Below, piece after piece: positions 1 through 7,469 of a stretch of 37,812 bases of DNA; within the stretch, counting starts at the first letter, position 1; each line of letters starts with the position of its first letter. The stretch covers positions 1 to 37,812 of IMG/VR virus record IMGVR_UViG_2778261419_000004. One strand, given 5' to 3'. A model generated the notes under the pieces. That model was not told the origin of the DNA and made no database searches. It saw nothing but the letters and a program-made list of their open reading frames with translations. Source of the stretch: a virus (taxonomy: Duplodnaviria; Heunggongvirae; Uroviricota; Caudoviricetes). The translations under genes and the position numbers were made by a program.

Positions 1-201
1 TTACCCATTGGCGCGGCTTAAGAGCTTATTTTTGAATTCACAATGGTCACGATATAACCATCTTGCTCGCCCGTGGATAACTTTGGCTTTTGGAAGGTCT
101 CCGGACTTAATCCGATCATAGATGAAGGTTTTACCGAAGCCAGTATCGGCCATGATGAATTTCAAATCAACCAGGGAATCAGGCTGTAGTTCGTGTTGCA
201 T
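1..201 (-). CDS. xis: Excisionase-like DNA-binding protein (AlpA/Xis-type)
   Basis: 66-aa ORF at the left edge; segment LKFIMADTGFGKTFIYDRIKSGDLPKAKVIHGRARWLYRDH resembles AlpA/Xis-type excisionases; position matches xis in P22/lambda order. Integrase would lie outside the window. Confidence 0.6.
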   Translation of the reverse strand: MQHELQPDSLVDLKFIMADTGFGKTFIYDRIKSGDLPKAKVIHGRARWLYRDHCEFKNKLLSRANG

Positions 202-246
202 GAGTGCTATCTCCGAATAGGTAATCGAACCTGCAAATCAGGCAAT

Positions 247-268
247 AAAAAAGCCGCATTGATGCGGC
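247..268 (-). terminator. Rho-independent terminator candidate (leftward)
   Basis: On the minus strand, GCCGCA-loop-TGCGGC hairpin followed by a T-run; lies between the 166-aa ORF and xis. Confidence 0.5.
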
Positions 269-406
269 GATGGTAGGTCTGGATATCTTGAGAAATGAAC
301 AGGCCTCATCGAGTGTGAGGCGGGTTAGTCCTTGCGTAGCTCGCTAATTCTTCTGTAAGTCTCTGGTGCTTTGCTATCTCACGCAGTGCCTGATAGTCAA
401 ACTTGT

Positions 407-907
407 TCACTGCTTGCCTCCTTTGCGAAGCTGGTCGGCGAACAAACGTACACTAGATGCTTCACTGCGTAGAAACTTAACGGCATAATCAAAACCACCT
501 CGTTCTGCGTCGTCTGCTCCGTTGTCGAGGTTATCTGCGTACATCTCTACCCCCTGCGCCCGTACTTCAGCCAGGAAAGCATCGGTGGCTGGGGTTTCAG
601 TAACATCATCTTCCCATTCGCTAAACTCCTCACGACAAAAGTCATTAAATTCCTTCTCAGATTGCTTAAGCGAGGTATTTTCAGCAGCCATCTTCGCGCA
701 TTTAGCCTCAAGGTTATCAATCGTGATTCCAGCAGAACGACACTCCCGCAACGCCGTTTCCAGTTTTGATTCAAGTTCACCGAACTTACGGACAAGATAT
801 TCAGCGTTTGTTTCGTTAACCTTTAAATCTCGTGGGATGCATTTACCTTTCAGAAATCCATCCATCTCAATTAGTGTCATTTGTTTCATTTCTTCCCACT
901 CCGCCAC
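407..907 (-). CDS. Hypothetical early-left protein, acidic/coiled-coil
   Basis: 166-aa ORF from the track; the listed start is GTG, and an in-frame ATG ([11 protein letters not shown]...) six codons downstream is more likely. No recognisable domain. Confidence 0.55.
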   Translation of the reverse strand: MAEWEEMKQMTLIEMDGFLKGKCIPRDLKVNETNAEYLVRKFGELESKLETALRECRSAGITIDNLEAKCAKMAAENTSLKQSEKEFNDFCREEFSEWEDDVTETPATDAFLAEVRAQGVEMYADNLDNGADDAERGGFDYAVKFLRSEASSVRLFADQLRKGGKQ

Positions 908-1050
908 ATAGCATTCAGATATTTGTTTTGATTTACTGATGGAAAAGAATTTCTCTTAAGCAATTCCTCTCTCGATGGCATTGGCTTTACGCGTTGGCGA
1001 ATAATCATTTCTGCCGGAAGAATGCCGGGATTGTATGCAAGTCCTCTCAT
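886..1050 (-). CDS. Small hypothetical protein (54 aa)
   Basis: Hand-translated [54 protein letters not shown]; AGAGGA motif 8 nt upstream of the ATG; stop overlaps the next gene start. Not in the track (<60 aa). Confidence 0.25.
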   Translation of the reverse strand: MRGLAYNPGILPAEMIIRQRVKPMPSREELLKRNSFPSVNQNKYLNAMWRSGKK

Positions 1051-1066
1051 GGTAAATTCCTCTTTG

Positions 1067-1381
1067 TTAATTTATTCGTATGCCTGCTCTTTCTTCATCG
1101 AGTTTTTTTAGCTTGTATCGCATAGCTCTTACTGAATAAATTGAGCGGCAGGTTGCAATTGCTATTTCTTCTGCGGAGAACTTACCGAAAAGTGATACTT
1201 CGGCTCTTGTCCAGCGTCTTCCACGAAGTCGGCTAACAATGTCAGCTCCAATCCTTGTTGCTTTCGCCATTACTGCTTTTTCAGTCCTTTCCAGTTTTTC
1301 AGCGATAACTTCAACTGGCATTGTTGTCGCTACTTCGCGCAAGAAATCGACTTCCCATTTCTCCCATGGAGTCTTTTTCAT
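1067..1381 (-). CDS. Hypothetical protein, possible tandem helix-turn-helix
   Basis: 104-aa ORF; two internal repeats of a W-x3-E...L pattern suggest duplicated small DNA-binding units. Function unknown. Confidence 0.5.
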   Translation of the reverse strand: MKKTPWEKWEVDFLREVATTMPVEVIAEKLERTEKAVMAKATRIGADIVSRLRGRRWTRAEVSLFGKFSAEEIAIATCRSIYSVRAMRYKLKKLDEERAGIRIN

Positions 1382-1392
1382 AGGCGATACCG

Positions 1393-1881
1393 TTATTTGA
1401 TAAGAAGTGAAGGTTTCCCAACTTTGAGTTGAGCGCCGGGGATATTTATTCCTGCTTTTAGTTGGTGTTTGATTGCCAGTTTGTCGGCTTTTATTGTTGT
1501 TTCAAACTCAACGTATTCTGGAGGAAGGGCGCTTGAGTCGATGATTTCTACAATTTCTGACGGTTTGCGGATTGTTACCTGGTGAATACCTGCTCGAATA
1601 TTTTTCTTGCCAACCATTTCAAGCGATGACGCTATATATGATTTGATGCTGTCAATCTTATTTTGAATTACTGCAGCTCGCTCATTCAGTGACTTTGCCT
1701 CTTCCTTGAGGCGTTCGGCATAACCAGATTCATTTTTAATGACGGAAAGAAGTTGCTCTATTTTATCGGTAAATTCTCCTTCCATGCCTTCTATTGTGTC
1801 AGCAATCATCTCTGGTTCTAAATCTGAATCCATCAATTTTGCGTATTCATTGGCAATTTCATACAGTTTGCTCACTGGCAA
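1393..1881 (-). CDS. Coiled-coil protein next to recT (Siphovirus Gp157-like, recalled)
   Basis: 162-aa ORF directly downstream of recT in the same operon; charged coiled-coil composition; family assignment is from memory only. Confidence 0.5.
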   Translation of the reverse strand: MPVSKLYEIANEYAKLMDSDLEPEMIADTIEGMEGEFTDKIEQLLSVIKNESGYAERLKEEAKSLNERAAVIQNKIDSIKSYIASSLEMVGKKNIRAGIHQVTIRKPSEIVEIIDSSALPPEYVEFETTIKADKLAIKHQLKAGINIPGAQLKVGKPSLLIK

Positions 1882-2761
1882 CCTCCAGTTTCGCTTTGCA
1901 TTCTATGTAAATGGCTTGTACGTTCTGCTGCAATTTCATTCCAGATGTCAGGCGATATGCTTCTGCAAAATATCGCTTCAAATCATCCATGTTTTCTGCC
2001 TGAGCCATTTCATCACAAAGAAGTTGTGCTTTATCCATTATTTCCTGCTGGCGTTTCCGTTCATCTTCGCGGATATCTTCCTCTGATTTGTGCGGCATAA
2101 CAGGTTCCTGATGCATACCTTCATCTTCGTTAAGCAGGTGAATGGCATTATCCAGTCGCTGGGCTTTAGGCCAGTATTTGCTGGCGCGTTTAACTATTGT
2201 TTTACGCGCCATCTCTTCCCAGAATGTTTTCCACGGTCCATTCTTTGCCTTGCTCGTTGCTTCCACAGCTTTAATTTCTGCCAGACTCATTTCTTCAGTC
2301 AGGTAGTCACCATCTGCTGTTTTAACCGTGCAATAACCACCAACAATAGAGCCTCGCTCACCAAATGCGTTGTATTTGTGGGTTGGTGCTGAATCAAGGC
2401 CATTTGATTCATAGGTGTCGTTTGAGTACACCAGTTTGCATTGCCCCCACTTAATTGATCCTGTCGACTGTGCAAGGTGAAGTAATCCCATATAGCTGAT
2501 ATCAAGGCACACCATGCCGTCGCGCGGAACCAGATAAGCCAGTTTGCTGGCCGGGTTCAAGGTGATTCCGATCGCCGCAACATTGATGATGGCGTTCTGT
2601 GCGCTGGTTGGATTTGCCAGTGCCGTTTTAGCCAGGTAATCGTTTTTCTGGAAATACTGAATTGCAAACTGGCTTTCCTTAGCCCATGTCACCGTCTGTT
2701 CAGTCAATGCTCCGCAGAATAACTGCTCCTGCTGTTTAACGAATTCAACGATATTGCTCAT
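1859..2761 (-). CDS. recT: RecT-family single-strand annealing recombinase
   Basis: 300-aa ORF; C-terminal segment KNGPWKTFWEEMARKTIVKRASKYWPK matches the conserved RecT region (Rac RecT NGPWVTHWEEMAKKTAIRRLFKYLP). Confidence 0.85.
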   Translation of the reverse strand: MSNIVEFVKQQEQLFCGALTEQTVTWAKESQFAIQYFQKNDYLAKTALANPTSAQNAIINVAAIGITLNPASKLAYLVPRDGMVCLDISYMGLLHLAQSTGSIKWGQCKLVYSNDTYESNGLDSAPTHKYNAFGERGSIVGGYCTVKTADGDYLTEEMSLAEIKAVEATSKAKNGPWKTFWEEMARKTIVKRASKYWPKAQRLDNAIHLLNEDEGMHQEPVMPHKSEEDIREDERKRQQEIMDKAQLLCDEMAQAENMDDLKRYFAEAYRLTSGMKLQQNVQAIYIECKAKLEVASEQTV

Positions 2762-3069
2762 GCTGCTTCTCCATAAATGTGTCTGCGTTTGAATATTGCG
2801 AAGGCATATTCAGCCTTAACTCTTTCGGTTATTGCATCCCAGAACCATTCAGCGGCTTTTTCCTGATAGTCACAGTCATCATCTTCCAGCCAGTCGATAG
2901 CGTCCTTAGTGTGTTCATCTGGCTTATATGAGCGAAGCATTTCGCTTATTGGGTCGCAACGTTTGCAGAGGCGATCAACTTCACTGTTGATTCGTTCGTA
3001 ATCTTCATCAGTAAAACTTGCGATTATTTGCGATATTTCACGCTTATCATTCAGAGTCAGAATCATCAT
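2758..3069 (-). CDS. Hypothetical early-left protein
   Basis: 103-aa ORF whose stop overlaps the recT start (coupled); acidic; no recognised domain. Confidence 0.55.
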   Translation of the reverse strand: MMILTLNDKREISQIIASFTDEDYERINSEVDRLCKRCDPISEMLRSYKPDEHTKDAIDWLEDDDCDYQEKAAEWFWDAITERVKAEYAFAIFKRRHIYGEAA

Positions 3070-3150
3070 CTTTCTCCTGTTCTTTGTGCTGATTGAGCAT
3101 TTTGTTCATCTGACGAATGAATTCTTCGTCTGACCAGTTATCTGTAAAAC

Positions 3151-3321
3151 TCATGGACGGCCTTGTTGTTTCAAAATATCCCAAAGCTTTTCGAGCAAAC
3201 TTTTCATTCTTGGTTGTTTAAAGTCTGCTCCGGTTAAAATATTTTTTCGTGAATGCTGTACCGATAAAATCGGGTTGAAAGGGCGAACCGATGCCGCCCC
3301 TGCAATAGCGAACTGTTGCAT
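3151..3321 (-). CDS. Small hypothetical protein (56 aa)
   Basis: Hand-translated MQQFAIAGAASVRPFNPILSVQHSRKNILTGADFKQPRMKSLLEKLWDILKQQGRP; fills an otherwise non-coding gap in the leftward operon. Not in the track. Confidence 0.3.
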   Translation of the reverse strand: MQQFAIAGAASVRPFNPILSVQHSRKNILTGADFKQPRMKSLLEKLWDILKQQGRP

Positions 3322-3404
3322 AGGATGCTCCTTCTGTTTGATTGCATAACGAAAACGCCTCGAGTGAAGCGTTATTGGTATGCGGTAAAGCCGCGCTTGG
3401 CGGC

Positions 3405-3824
3405 TTATTTGAAGATTTCTATGAAATCAAGAACTGATGATATTTCGTGGTTGAACGATTTTCTTTTGTATCTTTCTATCGCAGAATCCACCTGGTGTTT
3501 ATAGTCATCGTCGTTTGAGTATTTAACGAAGCATTCTATTGTCTCAGGCGTTACAGCTATGAGGCTCCACCAACCTTCATCAGATTGATATTCAAACCCC
3601 ATGCTTTCAAGCCATCCAGCATATTTCCCTCCAGCATCTTGCCAGTGTGTTTTTTCTGCAAGGAAGCTGTTAACCGTCATATGTGCATCAAGGCATTTAT
3701 CCAACTGTTTACCATTAAGTAGCCATGCGCTGACAGTTGCACATCCCAAATCAACTGATTGAGTAGAGATATTGAATTGGTCGTAATTATCTGTATTAAC
3801 CAGAATATCTGTAATTTCCATCAT
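3405..3824 (-). CDS. Hypothetical early-left protein (139 aa, Trp-rich)
   Basis: Track ORF extends to 3875, but GGAGG precedes the in-frame ATG pair at 3824/3821 and a terminator hairpin overlaps the 5' extension, so the shorter start is preferred. Confidence 0.55.
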   Translation of the reverse strand: MMEITDILVNTDNYDQFNISTQSVDLGCATVSAWLLNGKQLDKCLDAHMTVNSFLAEKTHWQDAGGKYAGWLESMGFEYQSDEGWWSLIAVTPETIECFVKYSNDDDYKHQVDSAIERYKRKSFNHEISSVLDFIEIFK

Positions 3825-3831
3825 TCCTCCA

Positions 3832-3860
3832 TCAAAAAAATTGCCCTCACACTGGAGGGC
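3832..3860 (-). terminator. Rho-independent terminator candidate inside the leftward operon (tL-like)
   Basis: Minus strand reads GCCCTC-CAGTGT-GAGGGC (6-bp stem) followed by AATTTTTTT, immediately upstream of the 3824 start. Confidence 0.55.
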
Positions 3861-3955
3861 AAAGAAGATTTCCAATAATCAGAACAAGTCGGCTCCTGTT
3901 TAGTTACGAGCGACATTGCTCCGTGTATTCACTCGTTGGAATGAATACACAGTGC

Positions 3956-4168
3956 TTATTCGCGAGCTTTGAGCATGGCATCAGCAATAAAGTAGGCATC
4001 ATCTGCTAATTCTTTGTACTGTGGTGAATTCTGTCCACCACCAAAGGAATGTCCGTCCCATCTGCGCACTATTGCTGCCATAGCCTTAGCAGCGAAGTAA
4101 TCACGTAATGTCGCATCACTTGCCATTTCTGGGCGTTTGATATCTGCTTCATAAAACTCGCACATCAT
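3956..4168 (-). CDS. Hypothetical protein (70 aa)
   Basis: Track ORF; stop overlaps the next gene start in the leftward operon. Confidence 0.5.
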   Translation of the reverse strand: MMCEFYEADIKRPEMASDATLRDYFAAKAMAAIVRRWDGHSFGGGQNSPQYKELADDAYFIADAMLKARE

Positions 4169-4461
4169 TCACCTCCAAGAGCCTTGATGATTGCTGCAAG
4201 ACCTTTATTAACAGCTCCATACCATTCTGGATATGTTGTCGTTGTTCTATTTTTGGATTGCTTAAGTAATAACTGAAGTGCTTCGAGAAGGTCAGGTGCT
4301 GCCGCTATTAAATTGGCATCTTCAATACATTGAACTTCCTCACAGATTGCAATATACGAACGCCAGCCTGCGCCATTTTCAAGTGAGTCCGCCTGGATGA
4401 TTTTAATCTCATCGCCATCCATCATTATTTCCCACTTACCTTCAGTACCTTTAAATTCCAT
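4165..4461 (-). CDS. Hypothetical protein (98 aa)
   Basis: Track ORF in the leftward operon with compact spacing; no recognised domain. Confidence 0.5.
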   Translation of the reverse strand: MEFKGTEGKWEIMMDGDEIKIIQADSLENGAGWRSYIAICEEVQCIEDANLIAAAPDLLEALQLLLKQSKNRTTTTYPEWYGAVNKGLAAIIKALGGE

Positions 4462-4500
4462 GTTAGCCTCTGTTATTTATGACAAAAATAAAGGCTACCA

Positions 4501-4701
4501 TCAGGAAGCCTTGTTGTTCTGTTTACCAATTTCTCTGGCAATCATTGCCGTAGTTCGTATTGCCCATTTATCGACATATTTCCCATCCTCCATTACAGGA
4601 AACATTTCTTCAGGCTTAACCATGCATTCCGATTGCAGCTTGCATCCATTGCATCGTTTGAATTGTCCACACCATTGATTTTTATCAATAGTCGTAGTCA
4701 T
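4501..4701 (-). CDS. Small Cys-rich protein (possible zinc ribbon)
   Basis: 66-aa ORF containing C-x5-C-x2-C-x5-C (CGQFKRCNGCKLQSEC). Confidence 0.45.
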   Translation of the reverse strand: MTTTIDKNQWCGQFKRCNGCKLQSECMVKPEEMFPVMEDGKYVDKWAIRTTAMIAREIGKQNNKAS

Positions 4702-4825
4702 ACGGATAGTCCTGGTATTGTTCCATCACATCCTGAGGATGCTCTTCGAACTCTTCAAATTCTTCTTCCATATATCACCTCAAATAAGTTGTTTGCTGCG
4801 AAAGTAAATACGCTTAAGTTACCTG

Positions 4826-4963
4826 TTATTTATCCCACCAAGTTCCGTATCTATCTATCCAGTTACACCAATCATCGACACTCCATTTTGTTGTGTCGCA
4901 TTTTGGCAACTGGCATGAATATCTACCTTCTTTGTAAAGTCGGCGTTTGACTTTCTTGAGCAT
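4826..4963 (-). CDS. Small Cys/Trp-rich hypothetical protein (45 aa)
   Basis: Hand-translated MLKKVKRRLYKEGRYSCQLPKCDTTKWSVDDWCNWIDRYGTWWDK; GAGGTGAG motif upstream; begins 9 nt after the N stop. Not in the track. Confidence 0.3.
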   Translation of the reverse strand: MLKKVKRRLYKEGRYSCQLPKCDTTKWSVDDWCNWIDRYGTWWDK

Positions 4964-4971
4964 GGCTCACC

Positions 4972-5277
4972 TCAATCGTAATAAGCTGGAATTGATTTTC
5001 CGCGTTGCTTCTGGCGGCCTGAACAAGTCACACCCATTTCACTGCGTGGCTTGCGGTAGTAAATACGGTTCTGTTTACGCTCGATTTCTTCTGCCTTCTT
5101 GCAGCGAAGGCTTCCGAGTGATGCTGCTTTATCTGCTCTGACGCAACCAGAGAGCTTTAGCGCAATCTTTCGCGCCAGTCGCTGCTCTTGCATTGCCTGT
5201 TCACGTTGAGCCCGTCTGCGTGCTCTGCGGCGATTTCTGGCGTTATCGTCAGCCAGATATGTAATGACTACTGCCAT
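4972..5277 (-). CDS. N: N-like transcription antitermination protein
   Basis: 101 aa; N-terminal arginine-rich motif NARNRRRARRRAQREQ; C-terminus YYRKPRSEMGVTCSGRQKQRGKSIPAYY resembles lambda N (WYSKPGERGITCSGRQKIKGKSIPLI, recalled); first gene after pL and nutL. Confidence 0.85.
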   Translation of the reverse strand: MAVVITYLADDNARNRRRARRRAQREQAMQEQRLARKIALKLSGCVRADKAASLGSLRCKKAEEIERKQNRIYYRKPRSEMGVTCSGRQKQRGKSIPAYYD

Positions 5278-5384
5278 GTTGACCTCCGATGATTGACTTT
5301 GGCGGTGACGCGCCGGGTGCTTATCTTCCGGTTGCTGTCGTGCAGCTGCACTTCACGTCACCCCAAAGCCAACTACTCTTTGGT

Positions 5385-5425
5385 TCCCGCATTTCGGCGG
5401 GACAATCCCATCAATGTTAAAGAGC
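5385..5425 (-). promoter_or_regulatory. nutL (boxA plus boxB hairpin)
   Basis: Minus strand reads GCTCTTTAACA (boxA), 12-nt spacer, then TCCCGC-CGAAAT-GCGGGA hairpin; same boxB sequence as the nutR site at 7080-7099. Confidence 0.7.
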
Positions 5426-5471
5426 CTGCCAATCTGTTCCGTTTGGCTTCCAGCGTCCTGCTGATGGCTAA

Positions 5472-5500
5472 AGAATACTGTAGGTATTTTATTGTGTAAA
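5472..5500 (-). promoter_or_regulatory. pL candidate (-35 TTTACA, 17-nt spacer, -10 TATTCT)
   Basis: Read on the minus strand; both hexamers overlap the operator sites; directs transcription toward nutL and N. Confidence 0.55.
5474..5488. promoter_or_regulatory. OL operator site 1
   Basis: Palindrome AATAC-TGTAG-GTATT. Confidence 0.65.
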
Positions 5501-5513
5501 TACCCAAGGTATT
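5499..5513. promoter_or_regulatory. OL operator site 2
   Basis: Palindrome AATAC-CCAAG-GTATT, 25 bp centre-to-centre from site 1. Confidence 0.65.
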
Positions 5514-5543
5514 TATTTTTGGTGAAATAATGATAAGCAAATG

Positions 5544-5558
5544 AATACAAAGGATATT
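5544..5558. promoter_or_regulatory. OL operator site 3 (weaker, unusual spacing)
   Basis: AATAC-AAAGG-ATATT, one mismatch; 45 bp centre-to-centre from site 2. Confidence 0.4.
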
Positions 5559-5644
5559 TATTTTTTCGGTGTCTGCTTGTTCAGTGCTTTTTATGCGGGA
5601 TATGTGAAGTGGATCCCGATAGCTATTGCTGCCGGGATTATGGG

Positions 5645-6013
5645 TTAGTCAGCGAAGGTTAAGACGAGAATTAACTTAATGATGTCTGCTACAACAGACA
5701 CGGCCATAGATAAACCAAAGACAATCCAAGCCATAGAGATGTCTTCACTACCATCGTATAGAGTTCCGTAATCACTGGTGTAAGGCGTAAATGTCGCGCC
5801 TTGATACAATAGGTATAAGCTTGATCCATAGAGGATAAATGCAGATATCCCTTGTATTGCTATGATCACCAGAATCATGAAACGAGCTGATCTATGCGCC
5901 CAAGCCTGGCTTATTTTTTCTGATAGAGATTTCGCAATAAAAGCATGCGCTAAGCCGTAAATTGTCGAGATTGCCAACATCCCAAAAAAGCTTGCTATAG
6001 CGGTTCCAACCAT
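5645..6013 (-). CDS. Small multi-pass membrane protein coupled to cI (candidate exclusion protein)
   Basis: Track ORF 5645..6034 begins with TTG one nt after the cI stop; a more likely ATG at 6013 follows AAGGGG. Three or four hydrophobic helices; same transcript as cI. Confidence 0.65.
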   Translation of the reverse strand: MVGTAIASFFGMLAISTIYGLAHAFIAKSLSEKISQAWAHRSARFMILVIIAIQGISAFILYGSSLYLLYQGATFTPYTSDYGTLYDGSEDISMAWIVFGLSMAVSVVADIIKLILVLTFAD

Positions 6014-6030
6014 AAGCGCCCCTTGCGTGA

Positions 6031-6747
6031 TCAAACCAGCCTTAGTTTTGTCTCAATTGCAACGCCTATAATCTTGCAGTTTCCATTGATTGGCACGAGA
6101 GGCCATGCAGGGTTAAGTCCCTTGAGGTATTTATTTCCGCCGTCGATTATCAGCTTCTTGAATGTTGCTTCGTTAGAGTCAGAAAGTTTTGCTATAACCA
6201 AGCTGCCGTTGATCGCCTCCCTTCCGGTATCGAAAAGAACGAATGTTCCCTCTGGAATGCTTAACCCAACCGGTGCCGTCATTGAATCACCTTCCACTTT
6301 AAGCCAAAACGCATTACCTTGAATATGCGCGTCAGACTCAAGCCAAACATCTACGTCTTTAATGGTGTATGGTTCGCATGCTTCACACCACGAGCCAGCC
6401 TGGATACTGCTTAACACCGGATACCTCTTTCCTGCTCTGTATTCCCCTGCATACCTTACGTTGGCATCGCTCTTAAGGCTTTCTGCCTGTTCTGCAACCT
6501 TGGCAGCAATTGACTGGCTAAAATCAGCAATTGAGACTTGCAACAATCGTGCAAAACCAGATGCAACCTCAACGTTTAGCGCGTTTCTGCCATTAAGATA
6601 ATGCCCTACCGCTCCTTGGGTGATACCCAGTTCATCAGCGATTGAGTATTGGGTTATTCCCAATTCTTTCTTTTTTGACTCATACAAAGCCTTAAGCCGC
6701 TTAGCGTCTTCGAGCTGTTCTGTCGTCAGTGATTTTTTATTTTCCAT
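6031..6747 (-). CDS. cI: CI repressor (HTH plus LexA-like S24 autopeptidase domain)
   Basis: 238 aa; LTTEQLEDAKRLKALYESKKKELGITQ resembles lambda cI; C-terminal FWLKVEGDSMTAP...ATFKKL carries the Ser/Lys autocleavage motifs; leaderless start next to OR3. Confidence 0.9.
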   Translation of the reverse strand: MENKKSLTTEQLEDAKRLKALYESKKKELGITQYSIADELGITQGAVGHYLNGRNALNVEVASGFARLLQVSIADFSQSIAAKVAEQAESLKSDANVRYAGEYRAGKRYPVLSSIQAGSWCEACEPYTIKDVDVWLESDAHIQGNAFWLKVEGDSMTAPVGLSIPEGTFVLFDTGREAINGSLVIAKLSDSNEATFKKLIIDGGNKYLKGLNPAWPLVPINGNCKIIGVAIETKLRLV

Positions 6748-6753
6748 AGCTTA

Positions 6754-6782
6754 ATTCTAATAGCTAAGGTACTTAAACTAAA
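6754..6782 (-). promoter_or_regulatory. pRM candidate (-10 TAGAAT on minus strand, weak -35)
   Basis: TAGAAT ends about 6 nt before the cI ATG, consistent with a leaderless transcript; overlaps OR3. Confidence 0.4.
6759..6773. promoter_or_regulatory. OR3 operator site
   Basis: AATAG-CTAAG-GTACT, two mismatches from the palindrome; 24 bp from OR2 centre. Confidence 0.5.
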
Positions 6783-6797
6783 AATACCCTGAGTATT
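6783..6797. promoter_or_regulatory. OR2 operator site
   Basis: Palindrome AATAC-CCTGA-GTATT. Confidence 0.65.
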
Positions 6798-6824
6798 GAT
6801 TGCTTTGAATACCTGTAGTATTCT
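6796..6824 (+). promoter_or_regulatory. pR candidate (-35 TTGATT, 17-nt spacer, -10 TATTCT)
   Basis: Hexamers overlap OR2 and OR1; same -10 hexamer as the pL candidate; GGAGAG lies 7 nt before the cro ATG. Confidence 0.55.
6807..6823. promoter_or_regulatory. OR1 operator site
   Basis: 17-bp palindrome GAATAC-CTGTA-GTATTC, 25 bp from OR2 centre; overlaps the pR -10. Confidence 0.7.
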
Positions 6825-6853
6825 TTGTTCATGGTTAATAACGGAGAGTGCAT

Positions 6854-7048
6854 ATGATTCGAATGACACTTGCCGATTACGCCAAAATCCATGGACAGGC
6901 TAAAGCAGCCAGTGACTTTGGTGTAATCCAGTGCGCTATCAGCAAGGCCATTCTGGCAGGCCGTAACATCATGGTTACGGTAAAGCCTGATGGCAGTGTG
7001 ATTGGAGAGGAAGTTCGTCCTTTCCCAAGCAACAAGAAAAACAAATAG
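6854..7048 (+). CDS. cro: Cro repressor
   Basis: [62 protein letters not shown] resembles lambda Cro (recalled); track start 6848 is GTG, ATG at 6854 preferred. Confidence 0.9.
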   Translation: MIRMTLADYAKIHGQAKAASDFGVIQCAISKAILAGRNIMVTVKPDGSVIGEEVRPFPSNKKNK

Positions 7049-7054
7049 TAACAC

Positions 7055-7099
7055 CGCTCTTTAACAGTCATGGTCCTCATTCCCGCCGAAATGCGGGAA
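7055..7099 (+). promoter_or_regulatory. nutR (boxA CGCTCTTTAACA plus boxB hairpin)
   Basis: boxA 7055-7066; boxB 7080-7099 is TTCCCGC-CGAAAT-GCGGGAA (7-bp stem, hexaloop) 13 nt downstream. Confidence 0.7.
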
Positions 7100-7105
7100 T
7101 ACAAC

Positions 7106-7123
7106 GCGCATAAGTTGATGCGC
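7106..7123 (+). terminator. tR1-like hairpin candidate
   Basis: GCGCAT-AAGTTG-ATGCGC hairpin followed by T-rich ATAACTTCTTATTTGTT, between nutR and cII. Confidence 0.4.
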
Positions 7124-7156
7124 ATAACTTCTTATTTGTTAAGGAAATACTTACAT

Positions 7157-7435
7157 ATGCAACTTACAAGTACTCGCAAGAAAGCGAATGCAATTACAAG
7201 CAACATCCTGAATCGAATTGCTGTACGTGGTCAGCGAAAGGTTGCCGACGCGTTAGGGATTAATGAATCGCAAATTTCGCGATGGAAAGACAGCTTCATC
7301 CCAAAAATGGGAATGCTTCTGGCTGTTCTTGAATGGGGTGTTGAAGACGAGGAGTTGGCGGAACTGGCTAAGAAAGTAGCCAGAATGCTGACAAAAGAAA
7401 AAGCCCCGAAGAACGGCGAATTCTTCGAGGCCTGA
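7157..7435 (+). CDS. cII: CII-like transcriptional activator
   Basis: [42 protein letters not shown] resembles lambda CII; AAGGAAA before the ATG at 7157. The track extension from 7070 runs over nutR and is not used. Confidence 0.85.
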   Translation: MQLTSTRKKANAITSNILNRIAVRGQRKVADALGINESQISRWKDSFIPKMGMLLAVLEWGVEDEELAELAKKVARMLTKEKAPKNGEFFEA

Positions 7436-7469
7436 TGCAGAAAGACTGGATCAATCCACAGGAGTAATT

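Noticed and set aside
3047-3154. 35-codon acidic ORF (MSFTDNWSDEEFIRQMNKMLNQHKEQEKDDDSDSE) overlapping the start of 2758..3069
   Set aside because: Very short with no clear ribosome-binding site; cannot be distinguished from chance.
5353-5550. 65-aa track ORF spanning nutL, pL and the OL operators
   Set aside because: Overlaps clear regulatory elements; better explained as non-coding.
7070-7156. 5' extension of the cII ORF from 7070
   Set aside because: The extension runs across the nutR boxB hairpin and the tR1-like hairpin; the ATG at 7157 has a ribosome-binding site and matches the lambda CII N-terminus.
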